Shown here piece after piece: positions 1 to 14,473 of a stretch of DNA of 64,000 nucleotides. Position numbers and translations under genes: made by a program. The stretch lies in assembly GCF_036321535.1 (NCBI RefSeq), contig NC_087436.1, positions 107,634,001-107,698,000 on the forward strand, written 5' to 3'. The number at the start of each line of letters is the position of its first letter. Position 1 is the first letter of the stretch. Source of the DNA: Camelus dromedarius. Lineage: Eukaryota. The notes below the pieces were generated by a model that did not search any database, was not told the DNA's origin, and saw only the letters and a program-made list of their open reading frames with translations.

Positions 1-360
1 TGCAGTTCATAAAACCCAAACATTTTAGTTGCTTAAAAACCACAAGAGCTTATTTCTTGCTCATGTTAAATGTTCTTTCTGGCTTGGCAGGGGAGCTGGG
101 CTCATTAACACTCAAACATGCAGACTGGTGGAAAAGCCATCATCTTAAAGATTTCTGGTCATTGTATCTAAGGGAACATGACTACTTGGGAGAGTCTGGT
201 ATCCACAATTAAATGCTCTGGTTCCAAAGTGATAACATTGTTTCAACATTCAGTTGGCCAGAAATAGTCACATGGCCCCACTCAAGAACAAGGGACCCAG
301 GAAGTAAAATCCTAATATAGACCCAGAAAGGAAAGCTATGGAAATATTGGTGAATATTAC
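1..360 (-). mobile_element. MaLR (MLT1-type) LTR fragment, old
   Basis: GGCCAGAAATAGTCACATGGCCCCACTC...AAGGGACCCAGGAAGT resembles the recalled reverse-strand MLT1J/K consensus; boundaries approximate. Confidence 0.6.
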
Positions 361-599
361 ATAGGACTACCACAGAAGCATATTAACTGAAAAAGAGGAC
401 AAGACACAAAACTCTCCTTTTTCGTAGATTTCTTAGTACTTAAACCAACAAAAAATACAAGAAAACCTACAGCCAAATAATTATAACTAATAAGGTCTTG
501 TAGCAATGTTGCTGAATATGTGATCAGTTTACAAAAACAAACAGTAGTACTGAACGTCACGTGTGCTCATGTCCATTGCCTTCTCTCCTATTATTATGG

Positions 600-2100
600 A
601 TAAAATATTTGTGCTTCTTGTCACTTCTAGTCTCTCTCACCCATTCAAACAGACTACAATTCTCCATTTTTTTATTCACTGTAGAATATTTTCTATCAGT
701 ACTCAAACATTCTTCAAGTTCTCACACCTTAAAAAGAATCCTGTATGTGTCGATTACTCCCACCCACTCCATTTTGTTGTGACATTCACGAGCCAAGCTC
801 TTTGAAAGAGTTGTGTTGCTCTTATTATCTCCACTTGCTCTCCCTTCTTTGTCTCTTGAACCCACAATCTTCCACTGTTTGTTTCATGATGATTAATGCC
901 TTCCATGTAGCTAATCCAGTAATTGATGCTCAGGTCTTTTCTAACTTGACCTATCATTGGTATTTGATAAAGTGGATTACTTCCTCCTCTAACTCTCTAT
1001 TCGTTTGACCTCTACAAAACTGTAACCTCTTAGTTTTACTCCACCTTCTCTAGCCCCTCTTCTTAATCTTCTTTGTCCATTTCCTCTGCCTTTCTGGAGT
1101 AATGTTGCAGTACACCAGGATCAGTCCTTAGACTTCTTTTTCCCTCTATTCTCTCTTTCTTGGTGACCTACTCTAGTCTTTTAAGTTTATATGGTGACAC
1201 TCTCAAATTTATATCTAATGGACAGATTTTGCCTCTGAACCCTGGACTCACATAGATAACTGTCCATTCAAATCTCACTTGAGTGTCTAATAACTTCTAA
1301 AAGACTAAGGTAGTTTTTTAATTTGTTCTTTAGGTAGTCTTCTCCATTCAGGACATGGCAACTCTGTCCTTCAAGTCATTCAAGATAAAAACTCTAAAAT
1401 CACCCATGATCCTTCTCTCTCTTCCACACTCCACTGCTCAGTTGTCAATAAATCCAGAACTGACTCCTTCTTACCTCCTTCTTTGCTACTAATTCATCCA
1501 AATCACCATCATCTCTTGTTTACACTGTTGAAATATTCCCTAATTGGTCTCTTTTTTTCTATTCTTGCCCCACCTACAGCCTAATTTCAACACATCAGCT
1601 TAAGTAAACCTAACATGTGAGCCAATCATGGTCCTCCTCCAATGATTTCCAATCTCACTCAAAGGCAGACTGGGCCGTGTGTAAGAGCAAGGGCTCCAGA
1701 ATTAGACTGATTGGGTTGGAATTTCAGCTTTGTCACTCACTAGCTCTATGACTTTGGGCAAATTACTTAAGCTATCTGTGCCATGGTTTCTTCACCTGTA
1801 AGGTGGGGAATAATAGTAGTATTTCATAGGATTGTGGAGAGTATTAGATAAATTAATACATGGAAATCCCTTAGAACAGTGCCTGGCAAATAGGAAGGCA
1901 AGATGTGTGTCAGCTGTTACTGTTATTTTAGTAAACACCAAAATCCTTATAATGACCTTTAAGGCTCTACACTACCTACTTTAAGATACACTCTGTGGTA
2001 GTCAGAAACTTTTGTCTGTTTTCCCAGGTAAAATAATGTCCGGGTTATAATAGGTACTCAATAAATGTTTGTTAAATGAATTAATGGATAATAGGATAAA
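600..2100 (+). mobile_element. LINE-2 (L2) 3' portion, interrupted by a MIR
   Basis: Decayed RT-region motif TATGGTGACACTCTCAAATTTATATC near 1190 and typical L2 3' end AGGTACTCAATAAATGTTTGTTAAATGAAT near 2052-2082. Confidence 0.7.
1680..1925 (+). mobile_element. MIR SINE
   Basis: MIR core ACTAGCTCTATGACTTTGGGCAAATTACTTAAGCTATCTGTGCCATGGTTTCTTCACCTGTAA and 3' AGAACAGTGCCTGGCA. Confidence 0.85.
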
Positions 2101-2361
2101 TGAATTCAAAAAGGCCAATAAATATAATGGAGATCCTAGAATCTAGTCCTTATTAAATGATACAAATTTCACTACTAATCATGGGAAATGGAATGACTTA
2201 TTAATTGATATTTTGGAAGAAATTGGTCTTTTAGGTGAAAAAAAATGAACAGTGGTGTTTTTAAAGTCTATACCAAATAGAAAGCTAAATTTAAAAACTA
2301 TGATTTTTTTAAAGACAAAACCCTAAAGCACACACCCTAAAAGCCAAAAGTGGATTTGACA

Positions 2362-2490
2362 AAGTTAGAAGAAGGAAGAAAATAATAAAGATTAAAGCAG
2401 AGATAAATAAAATGGAGAATAGAAAAACAATAGGAGAAAAATGACCAAAACCAAGAGTTGGTTCTGTGAAAAGATCAACAAAATCGACAT
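2362..2490 (+). mobile_element. L1 ORF2 fragment
   Basis: Translates KVRRRKKIIKIKAEINKMENRKTI, then resembles KSWFFEKINKID after a frameshift; matches L1 ORF2p downstream of the endonuclease domain. Confidence 0.8.
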
Positions 2491-2779
2491 TGAGAAAAGT
2501 CACTGAGGAATCTGGGGGCAGGAGACCCAGGAAGGAGAATTGTGCTTTCCACTAAACTGAGCAGAATAGGATTGGTGTTATTATCATTTGAACAATTAAA
2601 GAAAATAACTCTTTTATGCCCAAATCAATGAAAAGGGCATACTTGTTACTGACCTTGTGAATCATTTTATGTAAATAGGATGGATCATAGTATATGTGCT
2701 GTTTTATGACTTGCTTTCTTCTTTAACAATATGTGGTGAACATATTTCCTGGACGTCAATATACATATGGAAAAAAATT

Positions 2780-3560
2780 TAAGACCTCAGGGAAAAAAAT
2801 GGGTTGATTGTGAATACATCTAAATTGAGGGTTTTTTGGCAGTGAAGGACACTGAAGGCAACAAACGAAGGACAATTTGGGAACCAAGAATTGTATTTGG
2901 AACACTGAAAACCAAGAGATTACTGTCTAGAACATACAGAAATGTCTGTTGCTCTGCAGTTGAAATAAAATAAAATAGAAAATAATCAATGGATGTGAAT
3001 TGGCAGCTCACAAACAGGGAAACCTAAATGTCTTATAAGAGATTCTTACCCTCAGTAATAATCAGAGAAATGTAAAATTTTAAAAATTTCATGATAATAA
3101 ATTTAAAAAGTAAAACTTTATATTTTTCAGATTGGTCATATAATACTGATGCAGTCCTTTAAGCTCCTCAGATGGGTGACTAGAAATTAGGCCACCAGCA
3201 CACACTGGTGATGGCAATGAAATGGGGACCGTCCTACTCTGCTGGAAAAACTATAAACTGATAGAAACCTTGGGGAGAGAAATCTGGTAATACCTCCTGA
3301 AATAATACACGTGTATACTCTAAAACTCCCACAACCCCGCTCTCGGTTACAGACTCCTCTTCGACATGTCTGAGGGCGTTTGCTGCATCACTGTCTGTGG
3401 TGGAGAGATGCTGGAGGACACCGTCACCAGGGAAAGGACAGGTAAAGTGACGCTGATGCATACAGGGACCTATCCTGTGGCGTTTAACAGCCGTGATCGG
3501 GGTGCGAACTGTAGCTAACTATACACATCTTGAGAGTACATTATTGAGTGGAAAATAATG
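2780..3560 (+). mobile_element. Old L1 (L1M/L1ME-like) ORF2 end and 3' region, highly decayed
   Basis: Motifs such as CTCAGTAATAATCAGAGAAATGTAAA and CTTGAGAGTACATTATTGAGTGGAAA resemble old L1 3' segments. Confidence 0.5.
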
Positions 3561-6500
3561 AAGAGAACCAGATTTATAGGTCAGTGCAATGTATGCAGAG
3601 TGAGACCACATGTTCACATGAAACAACCCCTGTAACCTTCCAAGGATGTATGTGTTCCTAAGTTCACATACACATTAGAGATGCAGGGACTAAAAAAGAG
3701 GAAGGGAATGGGGTGAAGGGGAAAATCCGTAAACTGAGAAAAGCCTTTGCAGACCTGAGATGCTGGTGAGGTCTATGTATCCGCTGTGGAGGGAAGAGGA
3801 GTGAAGAAGATGGTCTTTACCATAATTATCCAGATTCTTCTTCAGCGATTCTGCACCCAACCACTTCCCAGGTAATGGGCTGCTGCAGACGTAAGTATTT
3901 GTTTTACTCTTTTGAATGTTAACATTACCCCACTAGACCTCAAAAAAAAAAAATGTGGGTGTGCATCCCACGCCAGGTCTAGGCTGCAGGGCCAGAATCT
4001 GATGTATTTATTATGGTTGAAGACTTGAAGACCACCGAGAAGACCTCTGCCCTTTCATGCAAATAATCCTCCTGGAATGAAGGAATAGGCATCCTCAGAG
4101 TCCCTTAGCATGGAGTTCCTTCAGAGACGAGGATGAGAAGGGCAGGTTCACAGGGGATCACATTCAGAGTCAGAAAAGAAGCTGAAAGCATAGGGAAAAA
4201 ATACCTACTTACACCTAAGTAACTAACAGAGTAACAATTTGCAAATCTTTACGAAGCTCAGTTTCTAAAAACACCATTGTGGTGTCTTAGCTTTTCCATG
4301 TCAGGCATTAACCACAGTCTTTGGCCTCTGTCATTCTTGAGATATAGCTGCTATTAGTTAAGTTCTCACTATGCACTGGGGAACACAAGTTGTTAACCAT
4401 AGCTTCTGCCCATATTTCAAGAAAATTAATGTAAACATTTCATAAATTGTCTGGTATACCCGTCAGAACACGTCTCTGTCAGTGTGATCTGTGATTTGCC
4501 TTGTGTTTAAAAATTTAAATCTCTAGTATTACAGGCAAGTCCCAAATTATAAACCAATTTTGTTTCAAAATTTATTTTGTGACCTTATTGTTTGGAAATG
4601 AGGGTATCTTTTTATATAAAAGCAATGTTATAAATGGTGTCGTCCACTTTCTTGGGCACTGGGCCCACTTGAAGCAAAATGCTGGTAAGTCTGACAGTGA
4701 CCTTGGCAGTGTCCCTGCACCCATCACAGGTTCCATTTCACGTGCTGGCTGCCTACCCACACGCACACCTGCACACAGAAGTTATGCTGATTTTTAAGAG
4801 CTGTTTGGGAGGAATTGCAGGTAAAGAACAGGGACAGATTGTTTCCCTAAGCCACTGAATCTCAATCCTGTCTGAGTATTGAAGTTGCACCTAAGCATCT
4901 TTCAAAGGAGGAAATCAGAATCGCGCAGGTAGATGCCAGGTCCAGAAGCTGCACAGGTGAGTTGGCGGCCCCGCAGTGTTACACACCTGCACCGTGGTCG
5001 TTCCAGTTCCCCGTTCTCTCTCCTCCACGCCTGTGATGTCAACCAGGGCCGCAGGAGCAGCAGGCAGTTCAGGGGGCCTCTGGCGTGCGGGTGACTATTA
5101 GATCTCATCCTTGCTGGCTGTGGAACCTTTCACATGCCCAGATGGACAAACCCTCATCTACAACCTTCCTTTCCCTTGCTTTGCCTAGTAGAATGCTGAG
5201 AGTCTTGTAAAAGCGACACCTTCTTTGATTTTAGAAACAGGTGATCAGGATGTTGACTTTGGATTCTGCTGAGCATAAAAAAGTCAAATCACAGTGTGTG
5301 AAGGGAGAGGGGACAGGTCAATCTGAAACGGGTTCCCTGTTGACAGCCAGGCCACCATTTATTCATTCTTTCATGGAGTCTGTCAACAAGCAGTCAGACA
5401 AACAAAAAGTGCTCTGGCCGGACACTCCTCTAGGCTTGGGGTGAGGTGAGGGGGAGCAAAACAGGTGAGAGTCTGTTTATAACTAAGTGAAACGTGTGAA
5501 GAATCTGTTAGGTGGCACTCATGAGAAAGAGAAAAGCAAGTTAGGAAAGGGGCCGCAGGAATTTTCGGAGATGGGGGTAGGATGAAGAGGTCCCCATGAC
5601 AAGGTGGCATTTGTGGAAAGACCTGTAAGGGCCAGGGTAAGTGGTGATCTGTTGTGAAGGCAGGTGGCATGTCTGGGACGGGGAGGGACGTCAGGGAGGC
5701 TGGAGTGGCCTGATTCGGATGAGTGACGGAGAATCTGAGTAGAAATCATGAGAAATGAAAAGTGAGGTTTATTTGATTTTGAAAGAAAACCCTGTGAAGG
5801 CAGTGAAAGGACATGATGCCTTCTCTTCCAGCCTCTCCAAGTCCTGGAGCTCTGGCACCAAGACTAAAACGGTCTAGAAAGAACAGTTTCCCACATCCTT
5901 GAGAAGGTGCTATGTTAGTTTGACCCAGGAGTTAAACTTTCTTCCTCAAATACCCACATCCTCCAAATATTTCCTTCTCTGCCCTGAAACAGTATTCCAT
6001 GAAGATGACTGTAGCCATGAGTTAGAAGAAACCAGTCTAATACAGTTCTCACTAAGGTTCTTGCCCATAAGAACAGGTCTTGTGGATGGAGCATCAGAGG
6101 TCTTCATCCAGGGGTCCACTCCCATCAGGGGCCAGTGTTGGTGGTTCTCCATGCTTTCCTGTTGTTGACCCAGGATCCTGTGGGCTCAGCAGCATCAGGA
6201 CTCCTGGCTGGTGTTTTCTGGAAGTGATGGCTCACCCTGGATGGTGGGGAGAAGAGAAGATGACGAGCCTGGGACAGAAAGCTCATTTGTCAGTTGGCAG
6301 CTGCAGTTCGCAGACTGCTGCCTTCACCAAGCTAGAGGCAGGGCCTGGGTGAGTCCCAGGCTCGGTGCCCCCTGCGAGAAGACTGCGCAGAAGGCCCCGG
6401 GCCTCTGCTGTAAGGGCAAAGTGAGTCAGGGCGCACGAGCGGGGAGCAGCTGGGGTGAAGCAGACAGAGGATCAGTTAGTCCCGGAAACAGCAGGCCGCG

Positions 6501-6678
6501 GCTGCCAGAGGAGCCCCACTGCTGTCTGCTGCTTGGAAGGGAAAGAAAGAGCATGGACAAGGGTCAGAAGGCACACAGGGAGCGAGGGGTGAGAAAGGAG
6601 CATTCTCGGGAGCCTCCGCACCAAAACAGGTTTTCATCCAGGACGACCCAGCCCAGATTTAGAGTCCAGCGGATCTCA

Positions 6679-6680
<2 letters not shown>

Positions 6681-6718
<38 letters not shown>

Positions 6719-6719
6719 C
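6681..6719. repeat. (CA)n microsatellite
   Basis: Direct reading; explains the THTHTH run in ORF 6211..7041. Confidence 0.97.
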
Positions 6720-9689
6720 CTCTCACACCTTTCTATTATCTATCAGTTATCTATCTACCTATGAAAAAGACAAAGATAAACCCACATTGTGTGATTTAAG
6801 AGGAAGTAGGTCACGTTCTGAAATCTGTTCCTTTGGCATCAAGGCTGGAATTAAGAGATTCATGAGTCTTCCAGCAAGTATTTATTGTCTGCTGCATGTC
6901 AGAGGAACACACACACACACACTCATAAAGCCCCAATGTCACTCCCAAGACCCAAGTGAAAAGTTAGAGTTTTACCTAATTTGGGTTTTAACCTCAAGGC
7001 GTCCAGCCAGGTTAAGTGGAGGGCTGGAGGGACATCGCTGAGGAGCCAGGGCCACACCCAGGAATGAAGACACTTCACAGCCCCGTCGTCCAGAGCGTGC
7101 TGTGAACTGCTAGGGGAAAACAAACTTGGGGTTTGCGATTCAGGGCAATTTGGGGAAAATATACAAAATCTATGGAAGGACTTTGGATCATATGAGAGAA
7201 AAAAAAAGTTGGAAGATCCTGAGAAAACATTCTGAGTGGTTATCTTCATTATTGTTAAGGATTATTTTGTATAAGCACTTTAAATTTAGATTATTCACAA
7301 TAAACAGATTTGAGGTAAGAAACTTTAATTAATTGATTTCCACAATATTCCCTACCTCTCTACCCCCCAACATCCCCCTTATCCAGAATTTCGCACTTTA
7401 AATGGGATCCCTGGACTTAATCTAAAATGCCACGTTGGCTTAGCGCTCAGGCAGTGATGGCGAGGGCACAGGTGTGCAGGCTAGAAAGCTGGTGACCCTT
7501 GTATGCTGTGGCCAAGTGTCAGTTATCTTCCTTGTGATGCCTTGGAAACCTGACCACACGCCAAGCCAGCAGCTTTAAGGAAAAGGAGAACATGCAGGAT
7601 GTTGGTGTGTGTTCTTGTTGTTCATTTCAGCAAAGCCCTACGAAGGAGGTGCGCTGAGGCCAGAGCTAGCCAGGCTACGTGCTGCAGAACTTTGAAGGTT
7701 ATTTGGTGGGTGGGGTAGAATAATTGTAACTATTCTAACATGTGGCACACAGGTAACCATCGACTCTGTTACATTGAGGGGGGTCTGCCTACCTGTTCCG
7801 CCCCCCTGGGAATGAGAGCTGACGGGTTAGTTCACTTCAGGTACATTTCTCAGTAATACCCCACGTTGTAGTTTACTTGGTACATTAGAAAGACCACAAG
7901 GGTTAATTGAGAAGAATGGAACCTAAACTTAGAAAGAAGCTGTATTTACTAAATAAATAAATGAAGCATAATGAAAACTCCATCACAGCTGCATTCTCAG
8001 TACTGTGTACTTCTTGGGTTAAATCAATTCCTTTTCCCTTAGGAACTGGCAAAACCTTTCACAGATGTGGGCAAGGGAGGTGTTTGGTCCTCAGATGCCA
8101 CCTGTTTCTGCATTACTACTACTTCAGGGTGGTGTATTTGGATCCAGCTGTATTTGGGTTTGGATTCTGGCCTGCTTCTTACTAGAAATACAGTTTTGAG
8201 TATGTTTATCAACCAGTGTTGAATTGCAGTTTCTTCAGGTGAAATAAATCTACCTTGCGGGATGCTTGTGAGAACTGGTGATGAGAAATGTGAAGGTTAC
8301 GGTGGTGTGTGTGTGACCGAGATCGTGTTGCTGAGAGACCGCGTGTATACTGCTGTTGTCTGTTATTGTTGTTGGTGTCCCTTCATCATCCTTTCTTGTG
8401 GCCCACCCCCCCCTGGGGCAGATTGGCCAGGTCCTGACAGACAAGAAAGGTAGAATTCACAGCCTGCATTTATGCAAGTTTCCAAGTAGAAACCACAGAG
8501 TTGTCATCATCCCTGTTTCTCCATCTTAGCTCTTGGGTTTCTTCTTGTCCATTAGCTACTGCAATGCTGACCCTGAAGGAAGACCAGTGTTTTTCCAAAT
8601 GTGTTCTCAAATGCAATCAGAGAATTGTTTCTCTCTGTGCTTTTTGCTAGTAGTTGTGTGGGTGGGGATTCTATAGAACACTCCGGCTTGGGAAAGGGGA
8701 AAAAAAACATCAAGGCTGCATGCTGCATCAGAACTTCTCCCATTAAGCAAAAACTGACTTAATGTTTTATTTCAGTGTCACATTGCCTTTTACACCTGTC
8801 GGCTGAACCACCTGGGATTTTGTGGTTTAAACATTTCATTTCCCTTTTAAGTAGGAGATCTAGTGAGGCAACAACAACAAAAACAGTTAAGTTACACGGA
8901 CGAACGCTGGACTGAAATAGCAAATGCTGCAGTCCCAGAAAGTACAGTCCCCAGTGGGCAATTCACATGAAAAGGGACTGTTCGATCCCTTAGTAGGACC
9001 TTTACATACCAATGGCTCTCCCTCTCAATAGAATAAATACAAATCCTCCCCAAACTTTAATAGTTTATCCCAAAGTACTCTGCTCATTTGTAATTTTTAT
9101 AGACCAATGAAAGCTTTTAGGTAAAATATTGCATTCAGTTCCATTTATTAAATAAAATATTGAAACCCTACTGAATTCGGAGGGACGTACCTCACCCATA
9201 CGGGGCTCCAAAAAGTCCCTGTTCGTAAACAACTTATTTGCTTTCTTCTCTACATAAAGTACAATCTGCTTGACATATAAATAGAGGTTTCTTTTAATTA
9301 TGGCAATCCAAATTGCAATCATAGCTCTTCTTATTTTATATGGTGTGTATTTTCCAGGGTGAATAAAATAGTTCATAAATCAAAGTAGAATAATATACTT
9401 AATTATGCGAGATGCTACTTTTCCAAACATACAAGCAGTTGGACTTGAAATATTTTACTTCAATTCATATGTGTTGTAAATAAGTATATTTTGAGCACCT
9501 ACTATGGGCCAGACACTTTGGTAGTATCTGGGATATGAGTAAACCAAGATCTGTAATCTCTAAGGACTCAAAATCCGTTAAACATACAAATTACAATAAA
9601 TCATGGGATGCACAGCAGCAGATTTGTGTTTAAGGTGTTAAGGAGGCTGCTACTGATGGTGAAGAGAGAGTTGGGAAGGATCTCTTGAT

Positions 9690-10645
9690 TTCCTGCTGCA
9701 CCTTCTCCAAATAATCTGCTCCTCCCCAGGTATTCTCAGTTGATGAAGCCAAAAATCGAGGCATCATCCATGAATCAGCCCTTTCCATGGTCTCCCACAT
9801 TCAGTCCACCAGCTGGTCCAGCCAAACCCTTCCCCTAAGCTATGCTTTAAACCTGCCAAGACTTCTCTCTCCCCACTGTTCATCCTCGGATTCAAGCTCC
9901 CACCCAGTCTCCTCTGGTCGTCTTCAATAACCAGGTTCCCTGGTCTCTCTGCTTCTGTTTTTCTGTTTCTCTATGGTGCATTCTCCACGCAACAGTAAAT
10001 ATGACTTGTTAAAATTTGTAAAAATATAAATTATGTCATTCTACTGCCTAAAGTGCTTCAGTGGCTTCCTGTTGCACTTAAAATCAAACCCAGCATCGGA
10101 CTTTGACCTACAAGGTCCAACATGATTTGTCCCAAGCCTTCTTTCCCTTCCTCATCGCCTTCCCTTTTCCGCTCAGTTCCACTTTATAATTAGCTGTGGA
10201 ATGTACAATTAGTGCGCCGTCTCAGTTGCTACAAGTTATCTTAATGCAGCTGTGTACATCATCCTTCTTCCTGTTTTTAACATATGTCCACCTTGTTCTC
10301 ACCTCAAACTTCCTGAATGAAACTCTCTTCCCCCACATCTGCCCCTGGATGGCTCCTTGTTTTCTCACAGATCTTAGCTCAGAAGTCACCTTCTCACTCT
10401 CTATTAATGCACTCTTTTTTTAATTTTTTTTTAGTTCTTTACAGCACTTACAGTATCTGAAATTATCTTCTTCTATCATTTGTTTCTCTTTTCTTCCCAG
10501 TCTCTCCTCACCCTTGCCCTCTATACACACACTCAAATGTAAGCTTCACAAGATCAAGGATCTCTTCTGTCTTGTTCATTTCAATGCACCCAGTGCTTAT
10601 CATTGGACATGTGTTGAATGAATGAATGAATGAATGAATGAATGA
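9690..10645 (+). mobile_element. L2 3' portion ending in (GAAT)n tail
   Basis: CTTCAGTGGCTTCCTGTTGCACTTAAAATCAAACCC-type L2 motifs; (TGAA)n tail at ~10615-10645. Confidence 0.8.
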
Positions 10646-13339
10646 TTTTGTAGAGAAGATGGCATTAGAACTAGGTAAGATCTTATTAGACCAAGAGGGT
10701 GGAGTGAGAATTTAGAACAATAAGCTATCATTTATTCCCAAATTTTCTCATGAGGAAGAAATGTAAAGCTAAGGAACTGGAAACACCATGGCTAATATTC
10801 TGATGGGACTAACTTCCTGATAAGCAGGCAGAGTATGGATTGAAATATGCTTTACTCAGTGCAGCCAGACTAAACCAAGTACTAACCCTTGGAACAAGTT
10901 TTCATTTTTTTTAAAGTTTTGGATGTCAGAGCTGGGGTCCACCCTCAGAAGTTATCACACGGATTACATCTTTCCAATTAAACCTGCACTGTCTGATATT
11001 TTTAAAAGTGAAATTGCAATTTAAAATTTAAATACTTTTATGGATGTGTGTGTGCACACTTGTGTGTGATTGAGAAGAGGGGTCAGGAGAGTTCACTGGC
11101 AAATACGGTATATACGGAACATACTCGATGATGATGAAATCTCAAATCGTTAGCAAGAGTCTCAGGAATAAAAGCTCATTTAATTATCTGCCACTGGAGT
11201 CTACGTTAACATAGGGAGCCTTGAGCCAACAGTGACAGGGATCTGCAAAAAAAAACCAAACCCACACTTTTATTAAATTTTCAGGGGGTCAACTCTGTCC
11301 TTAATTGAATCTTTCAAGTTTTCTCATGATTTATGGAACTACTGGAAATAAATCAGCTCCCATCTTCTCATTGGCTTTATGGGGAGTTCACTGGTTTCCC
11401 AAGAATTGTGAGAATTTGTCAGGTAATTATGGGATCTGGCCTCTTCCAAGCCAAAACTGTCGACCTCTCTAGAAACCACAAATTGCATTGTGGAAGACTT
11501 AATGAAGGGGATTTTTTTTTTCTTCAAATTACCATTTACATTTTCCCAGGAAATTTATAACCATAACGAATGTCTGATGTTAATGGCATAGACATTCTTA
11601 TCATCTGAAGTCTAATTATTCTATTTTCTTGTTTCTGGTAGATAATTAGTTATTGCTAGCTTTTTTGGTTTCTGAGAGTTCAGGTTTGTCTCTGCATCCC
11701 CTCCCTACACAGAGCTCATCTGTTTCCAGAGCTACACAATCACTTCTGTCCCAATGACACCCCGATTTCAAGGCTGAACTTCTTACTTAAGCACCAGGCT
11801 TTAAATGACCACAGGACATAATAATGCAAAAGCTCAACCACTGTATAAAATTCAACAAACCCAGCTTAACCAAGACTCCTCTGCCATCCACTTGTGTCTG
11901 TCTTTTACACCCTCATCTCCCACATTCCTTCCCCTGTATTCCCATCCATCATTCCCTTGTCCCTTCTGTTCAGACTGTATCACAGTCTTATATATTATCT
12001 CCTGGATTCATTTCTTCAAGTCCCATTTGGTACACACTTGTACAGACATCAACACACCTGAATCAAATCATTACTGTCCCCATCTGTCTCCCTGCCTCTC
12101 ATTTCTTTGCCCTTCAAATCCAGACACATTTTCAAAAATAGTACTTGCAGCATAAAAATGATAGAAAAGGATCCAAGAACTCTTCACTTACCATGAAAAC
12201 AAGAGCTTTGCATTATCTGTCAACAACTTATCTTAGCACTTAAGGCCCCACCTTCCCTTATTTTTAGTAAGCTTGCAATCTAGACAATTGTGTCTCTTTG
12301 CTGTCCTCTCCCCACCCTTTTAAGGTGGTCCTGTGTCATTTTTCACCTTGGATGACCTCCTCTCTTCTAATCACTTTTCCAAGTTTATTTTTCCTTCAAG
12401 GCACTTTTCAGGCCTCATCTTTCAAAGAAATCTTCCCTGAACATTCAACTCTATGTTCCTTTTTTTTTTTTTGGACAATATAGTCTCATGTGTTGTTTTA
12501 TGTGCCTTGATCTTGTCTCCCTCATGAGAACATGAATTCGGCAAGGCAGAGATGTTATTTTCTTCAAACTCTGCATCTTTCACAGTGCTAAGCACTTTTT
12601 TTTTTTTTGAAAGCTTTGTAAATACAGCAATGAAGAATCAGTCTACTGTATAAGCTCCATGAGGGCTGGGGTCATGCCTATTCTGTTCCCAGATGTGTAT
12701 CCTGTAGGTAACACAATGCCTGGCACATAACAGGTATCCAATATCTGTTTTGTGACTGAGAGAATGAATGAATAAGAGCTAAGAGATAGAATCACAAGCT
12801 ACAGTAAAAACCCTCCTTTGTCAATTTTTTATAGTGCCCATTTAACAAGTACAGGTAATCAAGAGAAAGAAAGATACCTAAGATAAAGTCTCAAATCCCA
12901 ACACCGTTATATCCATGGGTTAAAATAGAAGCCACAGCATACATATGTTAAAAAAGAAAAAAAATAAAACTAGCGTAGGAGGATGAATCATGACAGTCAG
13001 AATCCAGGCACCTCAAAAAGCTCAAAAGCCTTGAGATTTCTGTCACCATTGGTCGCGCATGTAGGACAGAGCATCACAGAGCAAGAAAGTACAGTTGCTT
13101 CGGGCGGTTGGGAAGCACGGAGGAGGCGAGCTAGTTCACACGTCAGGAAGCAAGGCGACCGGCCACAGAGGGTCACTGCAGCATGTTCTCTACACAGAGG
13201 ATGCTTCCGTTCTCTTCTTCTCAGTTTTGGGGTTGGGTCCCTGCGTGAGAAGCTGTCATTTCACACTCCGTGTTCTACTGTAGCATTTGTTACAACTGTG
13301 ATAAAATGATTTTTTTGTTTGATATGTTTCTTTTTGTTC

Positions 13340-13546
13340 TTATTTTTTATTGACGTATAGTCGATTTACAATGTTAGTTTCAGGTGTGCAGCGAAGCAAT
13401 TCAATTATACATGTACATACAAACATACATATATTTTTTCTGTTCCATTCTTTTCTATTACAATTCATTATAAGAAACTGAATATAGTTCCCTGTGCTAT
13501 ACGGTAGGTCCTTACTGTTAATCTATTTTATAGGTAGTAATGTGTG
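13340..13546 (-). mobile_element. Cetartiodactyl-type L1 3' end inserted in an L2
   Basis: TTTTTTATTGACGTATAGTCGATTTACAATGTT...GAATATAGTTCCCTGTGCTATAC; possible degenerate TSD TGATATGTTTCTT / TGACACATTTCTT. Confidence 0.85.
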
Positions 13547-14473
13547 ACACATTTCTTGAATATCTGTTACTCTGCAAAGTGGAAGCTTTAGGAAGGCTTC
13601 CTGCATCCCCCATGCCTGGAATAGAGCCTGGCGCATAGCAGGAGCTCAATATATTTGTCGAATAAATGAGAAATTCTAGGTCTATACTCAAACATGTGTG
13701 TGCGTGCATGTGTATGTGTTTGTGTGTGTGTGTGTGTATCCTCATGCGTGCAAGAAACAGACAGAGAGGTATTAACTTTCAGGACAGACCTGAAGACTCT
13801 AAGAGGGTCTTAGAGAAAAACACTTAACCCCATTACGAGAATGGAAAATAAGTGCTAAGAGAGGAAAATGTCACAGTTGCCTTGCGAAATTTAGAGATGA
13901 GAATGTCACAGAATGAGGCAGCTCTGTGACGTGAAAAGTGTTATTCTTAGCTGTCTTATTTCATTCGTCCCTGTAAAATGGAGATAATAGCCGCTTTCCC
14001 ATAAGGAAATTAACCTGTTAGGGTTACTTGGGGTTGTGCAAGTAAGGCATTGAACCCAGTCCCTGGTTCCTACACAAGAAACTGCTTACCCTCTTGACAA
14101 TTTTCTCTTAATTCATGAACTCATAGGCTACTCTTAAGAGAATGTGATGAAACAAACCTGAGAAAAACAAAAGAGCAGGAAATACAAGCACAGTGTAACA
14201 GAACTGATTGTACCTGTTCAAACGTCATTCAAAGCCTTGCAAAAAAGAAATTAGGAAATGTTTCCTCTGATTTTATCCCATCCTAATGCTGTATCTGTGT
14301 GTATCTGTGTATCTAGATCTCTCCCTCCATTCAAATCTCAGACTGCATTTGTTCATATTTGTTCATCTATTTTAATTAGAGATAGACTTTTTAGCAATTG
14401 ATATGTAAATAAGTAAAAACTGACCTTTTATAAAGTAAATAAAAGGTTGAATTCTCCTCCTTTTCCTCCTCAT

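Noticed and set aside
6211..7041. Longest ORF in the window (276 aa)
   Set aside because: Starts at a non-ATG codon, runs through a (CA)n microsatellite and resembles no protein family I recognise; consistent with a chance ORF in GC-richer DNA.
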